From assembly GCA_048938105.1 (NCBI GenBank), contig JBHLMN010000012.1, positions 1 to 64,000 of the forward strand: 64,000 nucleotides of DNA. Direction: 5' to 3'. The position numbers and the translations under genes are program-made. The stretch's first letter is position 1. Every line of letters begins with the position of its first letter. The stretch comes from Promethearchaeota archaeon. GTDB lineage: Archaea; Asgardarchaeota; Heimdallarchaeia; Hodarchaeales; Hodarchaeaceae. The notes below the pieces were generated by a model, which was not told where the DNA came from, searched no databases, and saw only the letters and a list, made by a program, of their open reading frames with translations. Below, in pieces: positions 20,847 to 30,463 of the stretch.

Positions 20847-20874
20847 CCGTCGCAAAAGGCTGGATTAACACCCA
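20847..20874 (-). repeat. dif-like site (class I)
   Basis: ccgtcgcaaaa-ggctgg-attaacaccca. Confidence 0.9.
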
Positions 20875-21026
20875 ACTTATAGAAAACCAGTTATCTTAAG
20901 TACTTCACTATTTATCTTAAGTACTTCACGTATCTTTGGGAAGAATAAACAGCAGTATTCAAGAAGAAAAGTATGAAAACGGCAGTTTTCCTTTTTGTAC
21001 AATTTCGTAATGTCATCAAACCAGCC
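20858..21026. mobile_element. Internally deleted copy of the GNAT module 25513-27165
   Basis: 20864-20910 matches 25519-25565 and 20928-21026 matches 27066-27165 with few differences. Confidence 0.9.
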
Positions 21027-21037
21027 TTCTTCATCTA
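21010..21037 (+). repeat. dif-like site (class II)
   Basis: atgtcatcaaa-ccagcc-ttcttcatcta. Confidence 0.9.
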
Positions 21038-21212
21038 AAGCAGTTGGTATCTAAAACTTTTGAAAATTAAATTACAGTCAAAAAAAAATCATGTGACAAA
21101 ACTAGAAAAATATTCAAATCTAAAATCCTTGATTGGGAATAAGTACTAGTAAAAATACATACCTTTAAAATATACATATTCACGGATTCCAATCAACCCT
21201 CATTAACAAAGG

Positions 21213-21518
21213 ATGAAAGAAGTGTTAACAAGAAAGAAAATCATAGATTTTCTGGAAGCTGAAATTCCATTTCTCATGGAGGCATATCATGTTAATACAA
21301 TTGGCTTATTTGGATCTTATGCTCGTGAGGAACAGAGTGAAACAAGCGATTTAGATTTGCTTGTTGAATTTACGAAACCAATCAGTTATTTTAGTCTTTT
21401 CAAGTTAGAAGATTATTTATCAGATAAACTCGGCGTTCATGTCTAAATTGTTACTCCAAGTGGATTAAAAGAATTAATAAAACCAAAAATAATGAGGGAT
21501 ATAGTCTATGTCAAGTAG
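21213..21518 (+). pseudogene. MNT (minimal nucleotidyltransferase) antitoxin with internal stop
   Basis: GLFGSYAREEQSETSDLDLLVEF; TAA at 21444 is followed in frame by the typical MNT tail IVTPSGLKELIKPKIMRDIVYVK. Confidence 0.85.
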
Positions 21519-22584
21519 GACTCCTAAATTATTATTATGGATGATTCTGATTATTCCTATAAGTGTCATTTCTGGTGATACACCCTCTCTTGATTTAGAA
21601 TTGACTAAGGTTGGTGAGATACAAACAGGTGGTGTTGCTGTGGATATTCAGGTTATAGATGACCTGCTATATGTTGCAGATCACCTAGGTTTGTTGATTT
21701 ACAATATTTCTGCCCCTGATTATCCTCAAAAAGTAGGACAATATTTAGATGGTGGAACAGGACATGGAATTCATATAGATGGAAGTTACGCATTCATTGC
21801 TGACCTTGTCGATGGCTTAGAAGTGTATGATATTTGTACCCCAACAAGTCCCCAAAAAATCGGAAGTTATTTCGATAAGAGAATGGTTGTAGATGTATTT
21901 GTTCAAGGGTCATTATGTTATGCTTCTGTACACGGTACAGAATTTGCTGTACTTGATGTTAGTAATCCAGGGAACATTACAAGAATCGGACACTATGATG
22001 ATATAGTAGTTGGGTATAGCATCTATTGTATTAACAATATTGCATTCGTAGCCGATTATGATGCTGGTTTACTAATTCTAGATATTAGTAATGCCAGCAA
22101 CCCTCATTTAATAGGAAAATTTAACGATGGAGACATTATAAGGGCTATTGATGTCGAAGATAACATTGTATTCGCCTCATGTGCAACTGATGGAGGATTT
22201 AAAACCATAAATGTTACTGAGCCATCAAATCCTGTACTACTAGGAGAGTATCAAAACATTAGTTTCGGGATCGGAGTCGATAAAAAGGAGGAATATGCCT
22301 TTGTCTGTGACTATGATAATGGATTGAGAATTTTGGATGTTGATAACCCAGTTAATCCCACCTTAAGTGGATCATACGAAGGGGAAAAGTTCTTTCATGT
22401 ACATGTAGTCAACGAATATGTTTATGTATTACAAAGTGGTGGAATTATTTTAATACTCCAGATAAATAAAAATACTTCCTCTACTTCTGATTCTAGTACA
22501 CCTGGGTATGAACTAGTTTATTTTCTTTTAATTTTTGGGCTAATATCTCTATTACACAAGAATAAGCATAGGAAAAACAAATAG
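21508..22584 (+). CDS. LVIVD-repeat beta-propeller surface protein
   Basis: Repeats such as AFVADYDAGLLILDISNASNP; signal peptide; S/T linker + PGY + TM + basic tail. Confidence 0.9.
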   Translation: MSSRTPKLLLWMILIIPISVISGDTPSLDLELTKVGEIQTGGVAVDIQVIDDLLYVADHLGLLIYNISAPDYPQKVGQYLDGGTGHGIHIDGSYAFIADLVDGLEVYDICTPTSPQKIGSYFDKRMVVDVFVQGSLCYASVHGTEFAVLDVSNPGNITRIGHYDDIVVGYSIYCINNIAFVADYDAGLLILDISNASNPHLIGKFNDGDIIRAIDVEDNIVFASCATDGGFKTINVTEPSNPVLLGEYQNISFGIGVDKKEEYAFVCDYDNGLRILDVDNPVNPTLSGSYEGEKFFHVHVVNEYVYVLQSGGIILILQINKNTSSTSDSSTPGYELVYFLLIFGLISLLHKNKHRKNK

Positions 22585-22735
22585 CTAGAATATCACAACT
22601 GTTCTTCATTTAAGACAGAGGATACTTCCCGCAGCACTACTAAGATATATACTCTCCAAAAAAAAGATTGACTTTTCATGTTATTATTGTCTCAATAAAA
22701 ATAAGAGTTTTGTACTATGAGCTAATATATTTTTA

Positions 22736-22763
22736 ATTTCGTAAAAGACTGGTTTAGAATTCA
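22736..22763 (-). repeat. dif-like site (class I)
   Basis: atttcgtaaaa-gactgg-tttagaattca. Confidence 0.7.
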
Positions 22764-22860
22764 AATCAAGGATAAAAAAGAGTCAGTTGAAAGATGGAAC
22801 TCATAATCGAATTTGCCAGTCAGTAAGAGAAATCTTAAAGAAATATGAGGTCTTTGCTGA

Positions 22861-23991
22861 GTGATTGAGATGAAAAACCGAAAATATGATTTTGAGGACC
22901 TAAATTTTCATCATTTAACCCTTGAAGGGACACATTATGAGGTGGGACAGCAGATGGCCAGGTTATTAAGCACTATCCCGGGATGGAGCGATTTTGCATC
23001 CTCTGGGAAACTCAATCTTAAAAAAGTGCGATTTCCAAGCTTTAAGGAATTATGGGAGTATACAGAAGAGTGTTGTCCAGGAGTGACTCAAGAAATCCAA
23101 GGATTTGCGGATTATTTTAAAGTATCACCTAAAACACATCCTTTTTGGAATTGGACGTTCAATGATTCACTTGGAGGGGAATGTTCACAGTTAGCTGTTT
23201 TATCACGAGTTACTTCAAATCAACACACACTCGTAGGACGGAGTTATGAATGGAATCACAAAGAAGAAGACATGAAATTAATAACTACTAGAATAAAGAG
23301 GAAAGCAGCACATATTGGTTTTTCTTGTCTACTACACGGTCGTCATGATGGTATGAATGAACATGGCCTGGTAGTATCAATGACAGGGGGTGGAATATTT
23401 GGTGTACCATTTAAACAGAGAGGACCCATGTTCTGGTTAACAATAAGGGCCATACTTGACACCTGTACATCAGTAGATCATGCACTCAATTATCTGAGAG
23501 AATTACCAGTGAACGGATATTTTTCCCTTCTTCTCGTGGATCAACAAGCAAATGCAGCTATTGTGGAATTTGCAGAAGAAAAGAAATTCGTTCGCCAAAT
23601 AGGTGACACAGGAGACTTATCATATCTTTTTTCAGTGAATCATTATCGTTCCCCTGAAATGGAAGAATTTAACAAGCTTAATTGTGGAATAATCACTCAC
23701 TCAAAGATCCGTGAGAAATTAATTACGGATTGGTATCAAGGACATACTTCTAAAATTTCTGCGGAGGATGTACGCACACTCTTTGCTACTCTCCATCCTG
23801 AAGGGTTATGTAATCATTTTTACAACGGAGGGTTTGGCACCTTGTGGTCTATGATCTTTGATATCAACCAAATGGCAGTAGATGTGTGTTTTAGTGCGCC
23901 AACCCACAACAAGTATCATACATTCGATCTAACATCTCCTTGTGGAATAACAGAGTATCCTACTACTGTTCCCATTACAGAATGGTATTAA
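22861..23991 (+). CDS. C45 family Ntn-hydrolase (acyl-CoA:6-APA acyltransferase-like peptidase)
   Basis: GTHYEVGQQ, ECSQ nucleophile, VGRSYEW and DGMNEHGL. Confidence 0.88.
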   Translation: MIEMKNRKYDFEDLNFHHLTLEGTHYEVGQQMARLLSTIPGWSDFASSGKLNLKKVRFPSFKELWEYTEECCPGVTQEIQGFADYFKVSPKTHPFWNWTFNDSLGGECSQLAVLSRVTSNQHTLVGRSYEWNHKEEDMKLITTRIKRKAAHIGFSCLLHGRHDGMNEHGLVVSMTGGGIFGVPFKQRGPMFWLTIRAILDTCTSVDHALNYLRELPVNGYFSLLLVDQQANAAIVEFAEEKKFVRQIGDTGDLSYLFSVNHYRSPEMEEFNKLNCGIITHSKIREKLITDWYQGHTSKISAEDVRTLFATLHPEGLCNHFYNGGFGTLWSMIFDINQMAVDVCFSAPTHNKYHTFDLTSPCGITEYPTTVPITEWY

Positions 23992-24124
23992 GATTCTAGC
24001 TAACACATTCTATTTGAGTTTAGATTTTAGATTTCAAGCTGGTCTACCCAAAAGAATTTAGAATTTCCGAAATTAAACGTAAAACCATATCCCTGTTTTT
24101 ATGATAAGAAGTTAGCCTTTATCT

Positions 24125-24152
24125 ATGTCGCCAAAGGCTGATTAGCAGATTT
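24125..24152 (-). repeat. dif-like site (class I, 1-nt core deletion)
   Basis: atgtcgccaaa-ggctg(-)-attagcagat. Confidence 0.75.
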
Positions 24153-24340
24153 CTGTTGTTCACAAATCACCAAAGGGAAGTAAAAACTTGAAGAGTGTTG
24201 ATGACATTCTGTCAATGATAAAAACTCTAGCTAAAATGGGAATAGATCATGCAATCTTTAACATGCGCAATCCATTAGCTGAACAAGAGCCTCTTACGAT
24301 CTTTCGTGATGAAATTATCCCCATCGCTCAGGATTTGTAG
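24146..24340 (+). pseudogene. 3' fragment of a gene, resembling the C-terminus of an LLM-class flavin/F420 oxidoreductase
   Basis: Open frame ...SVDDILSMIKTLAKMGIDHAIFNM...EPLTIFRDEIIPIAQDL* begins at the site; 5' part of the gene is missing. Confidence 0.5.
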
Positions 24341-24523
24341 ATATTATAAGAGAACTTCCTTCCTCGGAATCCATCAAATTAGGCCAGCTTCCTAAACATC
24401 ATATTGTTGTGATATGCCAACAAAAGAATCTCAATAAAGAATTAATAAACTCTGTAAATAGAGCTTATAGTGTTGAAGCTAAATAAACCGACAAGATGGT
24501 TTTATTATTAATCAAATCTGTTT

Positions 24524-24551
24524 ATGTCGTCAAACCAGCCTAAGACAAACG
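24524..24551 (+). repeat. dif-like site (class II)
   Basis: atgtcgtcaaa-ccagcc-taagacaaacg. Confidence 0.9.
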
Positions 24552-24574
24552 TCGTAATATTCTTGATTATAAAA

Positions 24575-24955
24575 TCACAAACCAAATCGATAAATTTTTC
24601 CAGACTGAAGAATACTACATAAAAACTTGATATCATCTGAAGGCGTGCCCTTAAAAGGACTTTCAATAGCATTTTCTTGATGTCGTGGATGAGTATGATG
24701 TGGTTTAGAAGTTACTTCCCATTTGTCATCAAAATTATCGAATCTGATACGATCTAGCTTCTGGGAGGAAAACATCACCACATAGGAATATTGTCCATAA
24801 TTATTATAGCGAATGAAGACTGTCACTCCGCTTTTCAATTTTATTCCTAATTTGCCAGTATCTTCGTCTAGATCAATCTCGGAAATAAACCCTCGTAATT
24901 CTTTGAGAATAATATCATATGCTTTAAGAATTAGTTCCTCAGATAACAAGATCAT
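24575..24955 (-). CDS. DUF6516/TumE-like putative toxin
   Basis: YSY...IRFDN...T-PHHxH motif. Confidence 0.7.
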   Translation of the reverse strand: MILLSEELILKAYDIILKELRGFISEIDLDEDTGKLGIKLKSGVTVFIRYNNYGQYSYVVMFSSQKLDRIRFDNFDDKWEVTSKPHHTHPRHQENAIESPFKGTPSDDIKFLCSILQSGKIYRFGL

Positions 24956-25198
24956 TCACTGTAAGCCAAGTAACAGTTTTTCTATTTCATTTCGTTTATC
25001 ACGTAAATTCTGTAAATCTATTGCATCGTCTTCAGCTTCAGGTAAGGTTCCAGTCTTTGTGCCTTTGATTAATTCGTCAATTGAATTAATATTCCATTTC
25101 CTGAGGATTTTATCAATTTTTTCAGTCAATACACGGAGTTTTGTTTCAATTAAATCTCGTGCTGTTTCAGAATCTAAAGTAATGGACATCTTACTCAT
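24956..25198 (-). CDS. Putative antitoxin of the DUF6516 toxin
   Basis: 80-aa acidic helical protein abutting the toxin gene. Confidence 0.6.
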   Translation of the reverse strand: MSKMSITLDSETARDLIETKLRVLTEKIDKILRKWNINSIDELIKGTKTGTLPEAEDDAIDLQNLRDKRNEIEKLLLGLQ

Positions 25199-25501
25199 TC
25201 CTACAATAGAAACATTTATTTTAAAATGTTATCAATATTCAGATTTAAATTTGAATAAAATTTTTTTTAAACCACTTGTTCAGATAAGTGATAATATTAG
25301 TTAAAAAGATAAAGCTATGGTTAGAATTACACTTTATATTGCCTGAAGAAGACCTTGAAGAGTTAGAATTACATGAGCTTAAACAAATAAGGAAAAAAAT
25401 GGAAGAGGGAGAACGAGCTCGCTGGAAAAAGGAATGAGTGATCAATTACTCAATTTTCTTACATTTTTTATTCTTTTGTGTTTTATAAGATATCCTTTCT
25501 A

Positions 25502-25529
25502 ATATCGTAAAAGGCTGGATTAACACCCA
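25502..25529 (-). repeat. dif-like site (class I)
   Basis: atatcgtaaaa-ggctgg-attaacaccca. Confidence 0.9.
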
Positions 25530-26129
25530 ACTTATAGAAAACCAGTTATCTTAAATACTTCACTATTCTTCTTGCTTCTACAATATTCCACGAATTTTTG
25601 TGGATTATTTGAATAATTCTTTAGTTCTCCTCCCAATATAGCATGGTCTACGATCACTGATCTGTTTGTTTTCCAAAAGAAAGAATAAAAAATGAATGAT
25701 TTTGAAGTGATTTCATGAATTTCGTCAAAATTCATAAAATTGTTGCTGTAGATCAGATAAAGTATTTTAATTTATCTTAAAATCATTTGGTGTTTAATTT
25801 ACTACAAGTGACAATATGAGCATAAACAATACCAAGAAGTTGTACAATCTAAGGATGTAGAGATATTCCAGATTGATATAAAAGTTCTTTCTTATTGATG
25901 TTAATAATAAATTGTTTTCGGAAAGAACGATTGAATCAGCTGTTGTATTTAAACAGCTTGATCCATGAGATATTGATTTGAAATTAAATTCATTTCATAT
26001 CTTCTGCATAACAAGGATAAGTATGAGATTTTCGGTGTTTTCTCTTATTGAAACCATTAGATCAATCAAAAAATAAGTTTTTAAACCTTATAAATCTCCC
26101 TATAATCCAAATTATTCAAACTTGGTGTT

Positions 26130-27086
26130 GTGAAATTGGAAATACATGTGAATGAATGGGAAAAAGTCCAACTTGACAAAACTGCTAGGCTAATTTTTGA
26201 TTCCAGGCTTGGAGCTTTAGGTGAAATAAACACCGTTGTTATAAGACTAAAATCATTACGAATGGAATTATCTCCGAATCCTGTGTATATCATTCAAGCC
26301 GTTGAGAAAGAAAAGCTGGTTGGTTGGTTAATGCTCCATCTAATGAATGGTTCAACAGTTGAATTAAACCCTGGTTCACTTCTAAAGGGACACCCTGTAA
26401 TTTCACCAGAGATGAATTTTCATAAAATAAGTTCTAGATTGATAGAAGAAGCTATAAATTGGACTAAAAAGGAAAAATTCAAAAAAATTGACCTCACTAT
26501 TCCGATAGAAGAAGAAGAAGCCAAGAACAGGGATTTTCTAGATTTTTACGGAACTTATGGATTCAAGAAGACATACTTCTGCATGCAATGTGAACTTTTT
26601 GAGCAGAAGATTGATCAAGTTATGATTCCTGAAGATTTTGAGATCAAACAACTTAAAATGCTTAACCATGAAGACATATACAGATGTTATTATGATGCGT
26701 TCAATACTGGTCAATCTCCTTTCTTTTTTGAGCAAAGCGAAACAGAAAAAAGGGATTATTTTGACACTTTACTCACGGAAATCACTTTAAATGAAGAAGC
26801 ATCTCTAGCAATTCTGAAAGGTAATCAGCTCGTAGGTTTTACACTTGTCGCTCCCATATTCGGTGAAACCAATAAACATCTAAATTGCATATGTATTCGT
26901 CCAGATTTCAGAAAAAAAGGATTAGGAAGAAATCTTCTTGCTGCTACAATGAAGAAGGTTGTTAAACAAGGAAATAGAACAATGACCTTATACACTGATG
27001 TATTTAATACGCGGGGAATAGATCTTTATCAAAAAAATGGATTTAAAGAAGGAGGTGGGACTATTACGTATCTTTGGGAAGAATAA
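26130..27086 (+). CDS. Tandem GNAT acetyltransferase
   Basis: CIRPDFRKKGLGRNLL and N..GIDLYQKNGF; degenerate N-terminal GNAT. Confidence 0.9.
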   Translation: MKLEIHVNEWEKVQLDKTARLIFDSRLGALGEINTVVIRLKSLRMELSPNPVYIIQAVEKEKLVGWLMLHLMNGSTVELNPGSLLKGHPVISPEMNFHKISSRLIEEAINWTKKEKFKKIDLTIPIEEEEAKNRDFLDFYGTYGFKKTYFCMQCELFEQKIDQVMIPEDFEIKQLKMLNHEDIYRCYYDAFNTGQSPFFFEQSETEKRDYFDTLLTEITLNEEASLAILKGNQLVGFTLVAPIFGETNKHLNCICIRPDFRKKGLGRNLLAATMKKVVKQGNRTMTLYTDVFNTRGIDLYQKNGFKEGGGTITYLWEE

Positions 27087-27148
27087 ACAGCAGTATTCAA
27101 GAAGAAAAGGTATGAAAACGGCTGTTTTCCTTTTTGTACAATTTCGTA

Positions 27149-27176
27149 ATGTCGTCAAACCAGCCTTCAGTACCGA
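27149..27176 (+). repeat. dif-like site (class II)
   Basis: atgtcgtcaaa-ccagcc-ttcagtaccga. Confidence 0.9.
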
Positions 27177-27265
27177 AAACAATTAAACTATAAAAACTAA
27201 TCAGATAACCAAGTATCGTTATTACAATTCTAACATTCTTTCTAATCAGGTGCAATCGAGCTTTC

Positions 27266-28528
27266 CTATAAACCAATTTTCAATGTAAAGAAACGTTCTC
27301 TGCGTTTTGTGTAATTGAAAACCGTCTTATAAAAATCAAAGAGCTCTTCATAATTTCGAAAGTTATATCTCTCTTTAATATCCTGAAATGGCTGCCTAGC
27401 GACCTATTTCTGAAATTTAGGACGATTTACATCTGGACAGACAATGAAGAATCTAGCATCTACAATGATTGTGTTATAGAGTCTAAGTAATGCATCTCGC
27501 ATATTTCCCCTGTGTTCAACCTCAAAGAAGAAGAATGGTGGCACAGATTTATACCAAATAGCATCAATAGCCCGAATATCTGTGATACTAGACAACTTTT
27601 CTGGTACTTCTCTTAATGTAGCGATTTCCCTTAATTGGATGTTGAAAGCAGTTTTGGAAGGATCAGCCACATAAGTATTATAACCTAATAGATTGCCTAT
27701 TTTTACAATGTAATAAATTGCTTCGCAATGATCTTGAGGTAGCTCTTCTTCTGGACTTAAAGACGATTCCTCATCTTCTTTTGTTGGTTCTGGTTCATCT
27801 AAGGTTTTTTCAGGTTCATCTTTAGCAAACTTTGCATACTCTCCCAATCGTTTATCACACATCCAATGACAAAACATATCGAACAATGTATATTCATTAA
27901 ACAAATCGCAGTTGATTTCATCAATCATATGCTTTATTATTTCAATATTTCTGCGATAATTTGATAATGAATTGTCAATGGCCTTCTTTTCAAGAATATA
28001 ATTGACTGTGTCAATATTTTTGGAATTAATTAAGAAAAATTTAGGATTTAAATGGAAAAAAGTTGGTGTCAACATTCCCGATTTGAATCCTCTTGATAAT
28101 TCCTTATTTTTTTCGAATTTTTCTAAAATCTCCCAGTTATCTTTATCAATTAGCTCAAACACAAGTTCAAAGATAGCTTTAGCAACTAAAGTTCAATTCT
28201 CTGGTTTTTGCCAATTTTCCTTTTCAAACCAAGATTTCACATCTTTCGTGATTGCAGACGATACACTAATCCTACATCTGTTTTCACGATTGTGATTAGT
28301 ATTACTATAAGGTAGTAGCTTTTTTAGAACATCTTCAGTTATATCTTCTCCCTTTAACTTCATATTTTTAATTTGATCCCAATATTCTTTCACTAGCTGG
28401 CTTTCTTCACGATGCTTAACTAAATGGTCTTTTCCTTTTTCTTTTTGGAGATATAACATCTCAAACTCGGAAATATAAGCATTTATTAACTCCAATCTTT
28501 CAGCAGACAACATCATTGAGGTCCCCAC
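27266..28528 (-). pseudogene. Restriction-endonuclease-like gene (C-terminal PD-(D/E)XK) broken by two in-frame stops
   Basis: ORFs 28193..28528 and 27404..28162 share a frame (KPEN*TLVAKAIFEL); the frame continues after FQK* (VARQPFQDIKERYNF...); IDAIW...FEVEH motif. Confidence 0.75.
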
Positions 28529-28670
28529 TATCCTTTGAGATTTATTTCTTAAAAGGGTGAGTATTATCTTATGATCTGCAAAATTAACCTTTTCATAACA
28601 TTATTCTGAGAGGTGATAAGCAAATTTATACACAAATTATTTACCTAATAACTATTAATCAATGTATATA

Positions 28671-28698
28671 ATGTCGTCTATGGCTGGTTTAATAAAAT
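28671..28698 (-). repeat. dif-like site (class I variant)
   Basis: atgtcgtctat-ggctgg-tttaataaaat. Confidence 0.8.
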
Positions 28699-28732
28699 TC
28701 TTGTTAGGTTCAGCTAAATGACCGTTATTTGT

Positions 28733-30457
28733 TCATTGGAAATTAACCTTCATGAACTCATGAGGGAAATCAAGTGCATTGAAGAATAAAGGGGTTCCAG
28801 AGAAAGATAAAGGAGAAATTGGACCAATCGTCATGAAAGGAAATTCTCGTTTTCCAAGAGCACTTTGTGGATCTTTAAACATCTGATAGAGTTTCAAGGC
28901 TTCGTTTTGACCTCCTATGATTTCCAAGAGCGCCTGTCTTTCTATACCCCAGCTAAGACCAAATCCAAACAGATAAATACGGATTTGTTCAACTATTCGT
29001 CTATCTAAGCTAGATAGAGTCTGACTAATAAACATCCAACCAAGTCCATACTTTCTAGTAGTTCGGACACCATCAATGAATCTTGCTTTTAGTAATTCTA
29101 AGTCTTCTATTGGTGATTTTTCTCGTGGGGCTAGTCGGTGAGCTTCATCGATTACTACTAAGGTGTTCAGGAGATTCCCTGCTTTGTATGATTCCTCTGC
29201 AATGTTAGTTAGCTGTTTAACAAATTCTCCAATTACGATGAATTTTATTGTCTCATTCCAAAATAAATCATCAGGAATTGCCATTTCTGATAGGTCAATG
29301 ATGCTAATATTCCCCTTTTCTTCTTGAATCTCCTTTACAAGTTTCGAAATTATAATTGAGTATTCTTTTCCTTCATATTTAAACAGATTACAGACTTTGT
29401 TCCATTTTTCTTTTATTTCAGCTTTATTATCTTCACTAAAAGAATCACTAACCCGATTTCTCAAATCTTGGGAAGAATAAATTCTTGCGATGATTGATTC
29501 TTTTTTCATCTCAAACCAGAATCTTTCAAAAGCCCCGTCTTTGTAGGTTTCCCATGTTTTAATCGATTTTGGATTTTCACATTTTAGAATTCGAACTAAT
29601 TCATTCGCAGCTTGCATTTGATTTGTTTCATGGTGGATCCCAAGATCTTTAAAGAAATCAGAATAAATCATAATCTTTTTAAATAGATCCCAACCGCTAA
29701 GTACAAGATTATGTAAACTAACAAATTTAACCTTTTTGTTGAAGGTCTGTGTTATTAAAGATCGAATTTGAGGATTACTATTGATTTTTTCAGAGAATTC
29801 TCCTTGAGGATCCAACACAAATAACCCCATCTCTGAATGTCGTGCGTAAGCAAGCATAATCATCAGGGAGAGATACGATTTTCCTGAACCAGTTTTACCA
29901 AATACTCCTAAGTGATAAGCTTCATTTGCTCCCTGTTCTCCCTTACCAAAATGTTTGAACCACATAGGCATTTTAATGTCAGTACCATAAGATTTTCCTA
30001 AATAGAATAGTTGATCACTCAAATGTGCAAATAATGAATTCATTATGTCCTCATTAAACAATTTTACTGGTGTACCAGTTGGGGGAATAGTACCAAGGAT
30101 ACTTGGTATAATTTCTTGCGACTCTGACGAAAACACAGAACTAACAGTCATCTGGGCTAGGTGAACATCTTGCTTTTCAGTAATGGGAGCAATTGTACCT
30201 TTCTGCCGTATAAGTCCGCGAATAGTTGGATCTTCGGACCAAGTGTTTCTCATTGTAATTTCTGTAAACTGACTTAACGCAAAGTGCTCATTCTCGTTTT
30301 GAAGATAGTTAAAAATTCCTAAATTTCCAATGAGTCTTTCATTAATAGCTGTTTCTAAAATATCTACATTTATTCGCCCTGTTGAGGAGGGAGAACCAAT
30401 AACACCAACTGATTTAGCGCTGTTGACTATGTCTTTTAATTTTTTATTATTTATCAT
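28733..30457 (-). CDS. herA: HerA/FtsK-family ATPase (DUF87) with N-terminal HAS-barrel-like region
   Basis: HLGVFGKTGSGKS, LDPQGEF, VVIDEAHRL and RKYGLG..ISQ. Confidence 0.88.
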   Translation of the reverse strand: MINNKKLKDIVNSAKSVGVIGSPSSTGRINVDILETAINERLIGNLGIFNYLQNENEHFALSQFTEITMRNTWSEDPTIRGLIRQKGTIAPITEKQDVHLAQMTVSSVFSSESQEIIPSILGTIPPTGTPVKLFNEDIMNSLFAHLSDQLFYLGKSYGTDIKMPMWFKHFGKGEQGANEAYHLGVFGKTGSGKSYLSLMIMLAYARHSEMGLFVLDPQGEFSEKINSNPQIRSLITQTFNKKVKFVSLHNLVLSGWDLFKKIMIYSDFFKDLGIHHETNQMQAANELVRILKCENPKSIKTWETYKDGAFERFWFEMKKESIIARIYSSQDLRNRVSDSFSEDNKAEIKEKWNKVCNLFKYEGKEYSIIISKLVKEIQEEKGNISIIDLSEMAIPDDLFWNETIKFIVIGEFVKQLTNIAEESYKAGNLLNTLVVIDEAHRLAPREKSPIEDLELLKARFIDGVRTTRKYGLGWMFISQTLSSLDRRIVEQIRIYLFGFGLSWGIERQALLEIIGGQNEALKLYQMFKDPQSALGKREFPFMTIGPISPLSFSGTPLFFNALDFPHEFMKVNFQ

Positions 30458-30463
30458 AGATTT

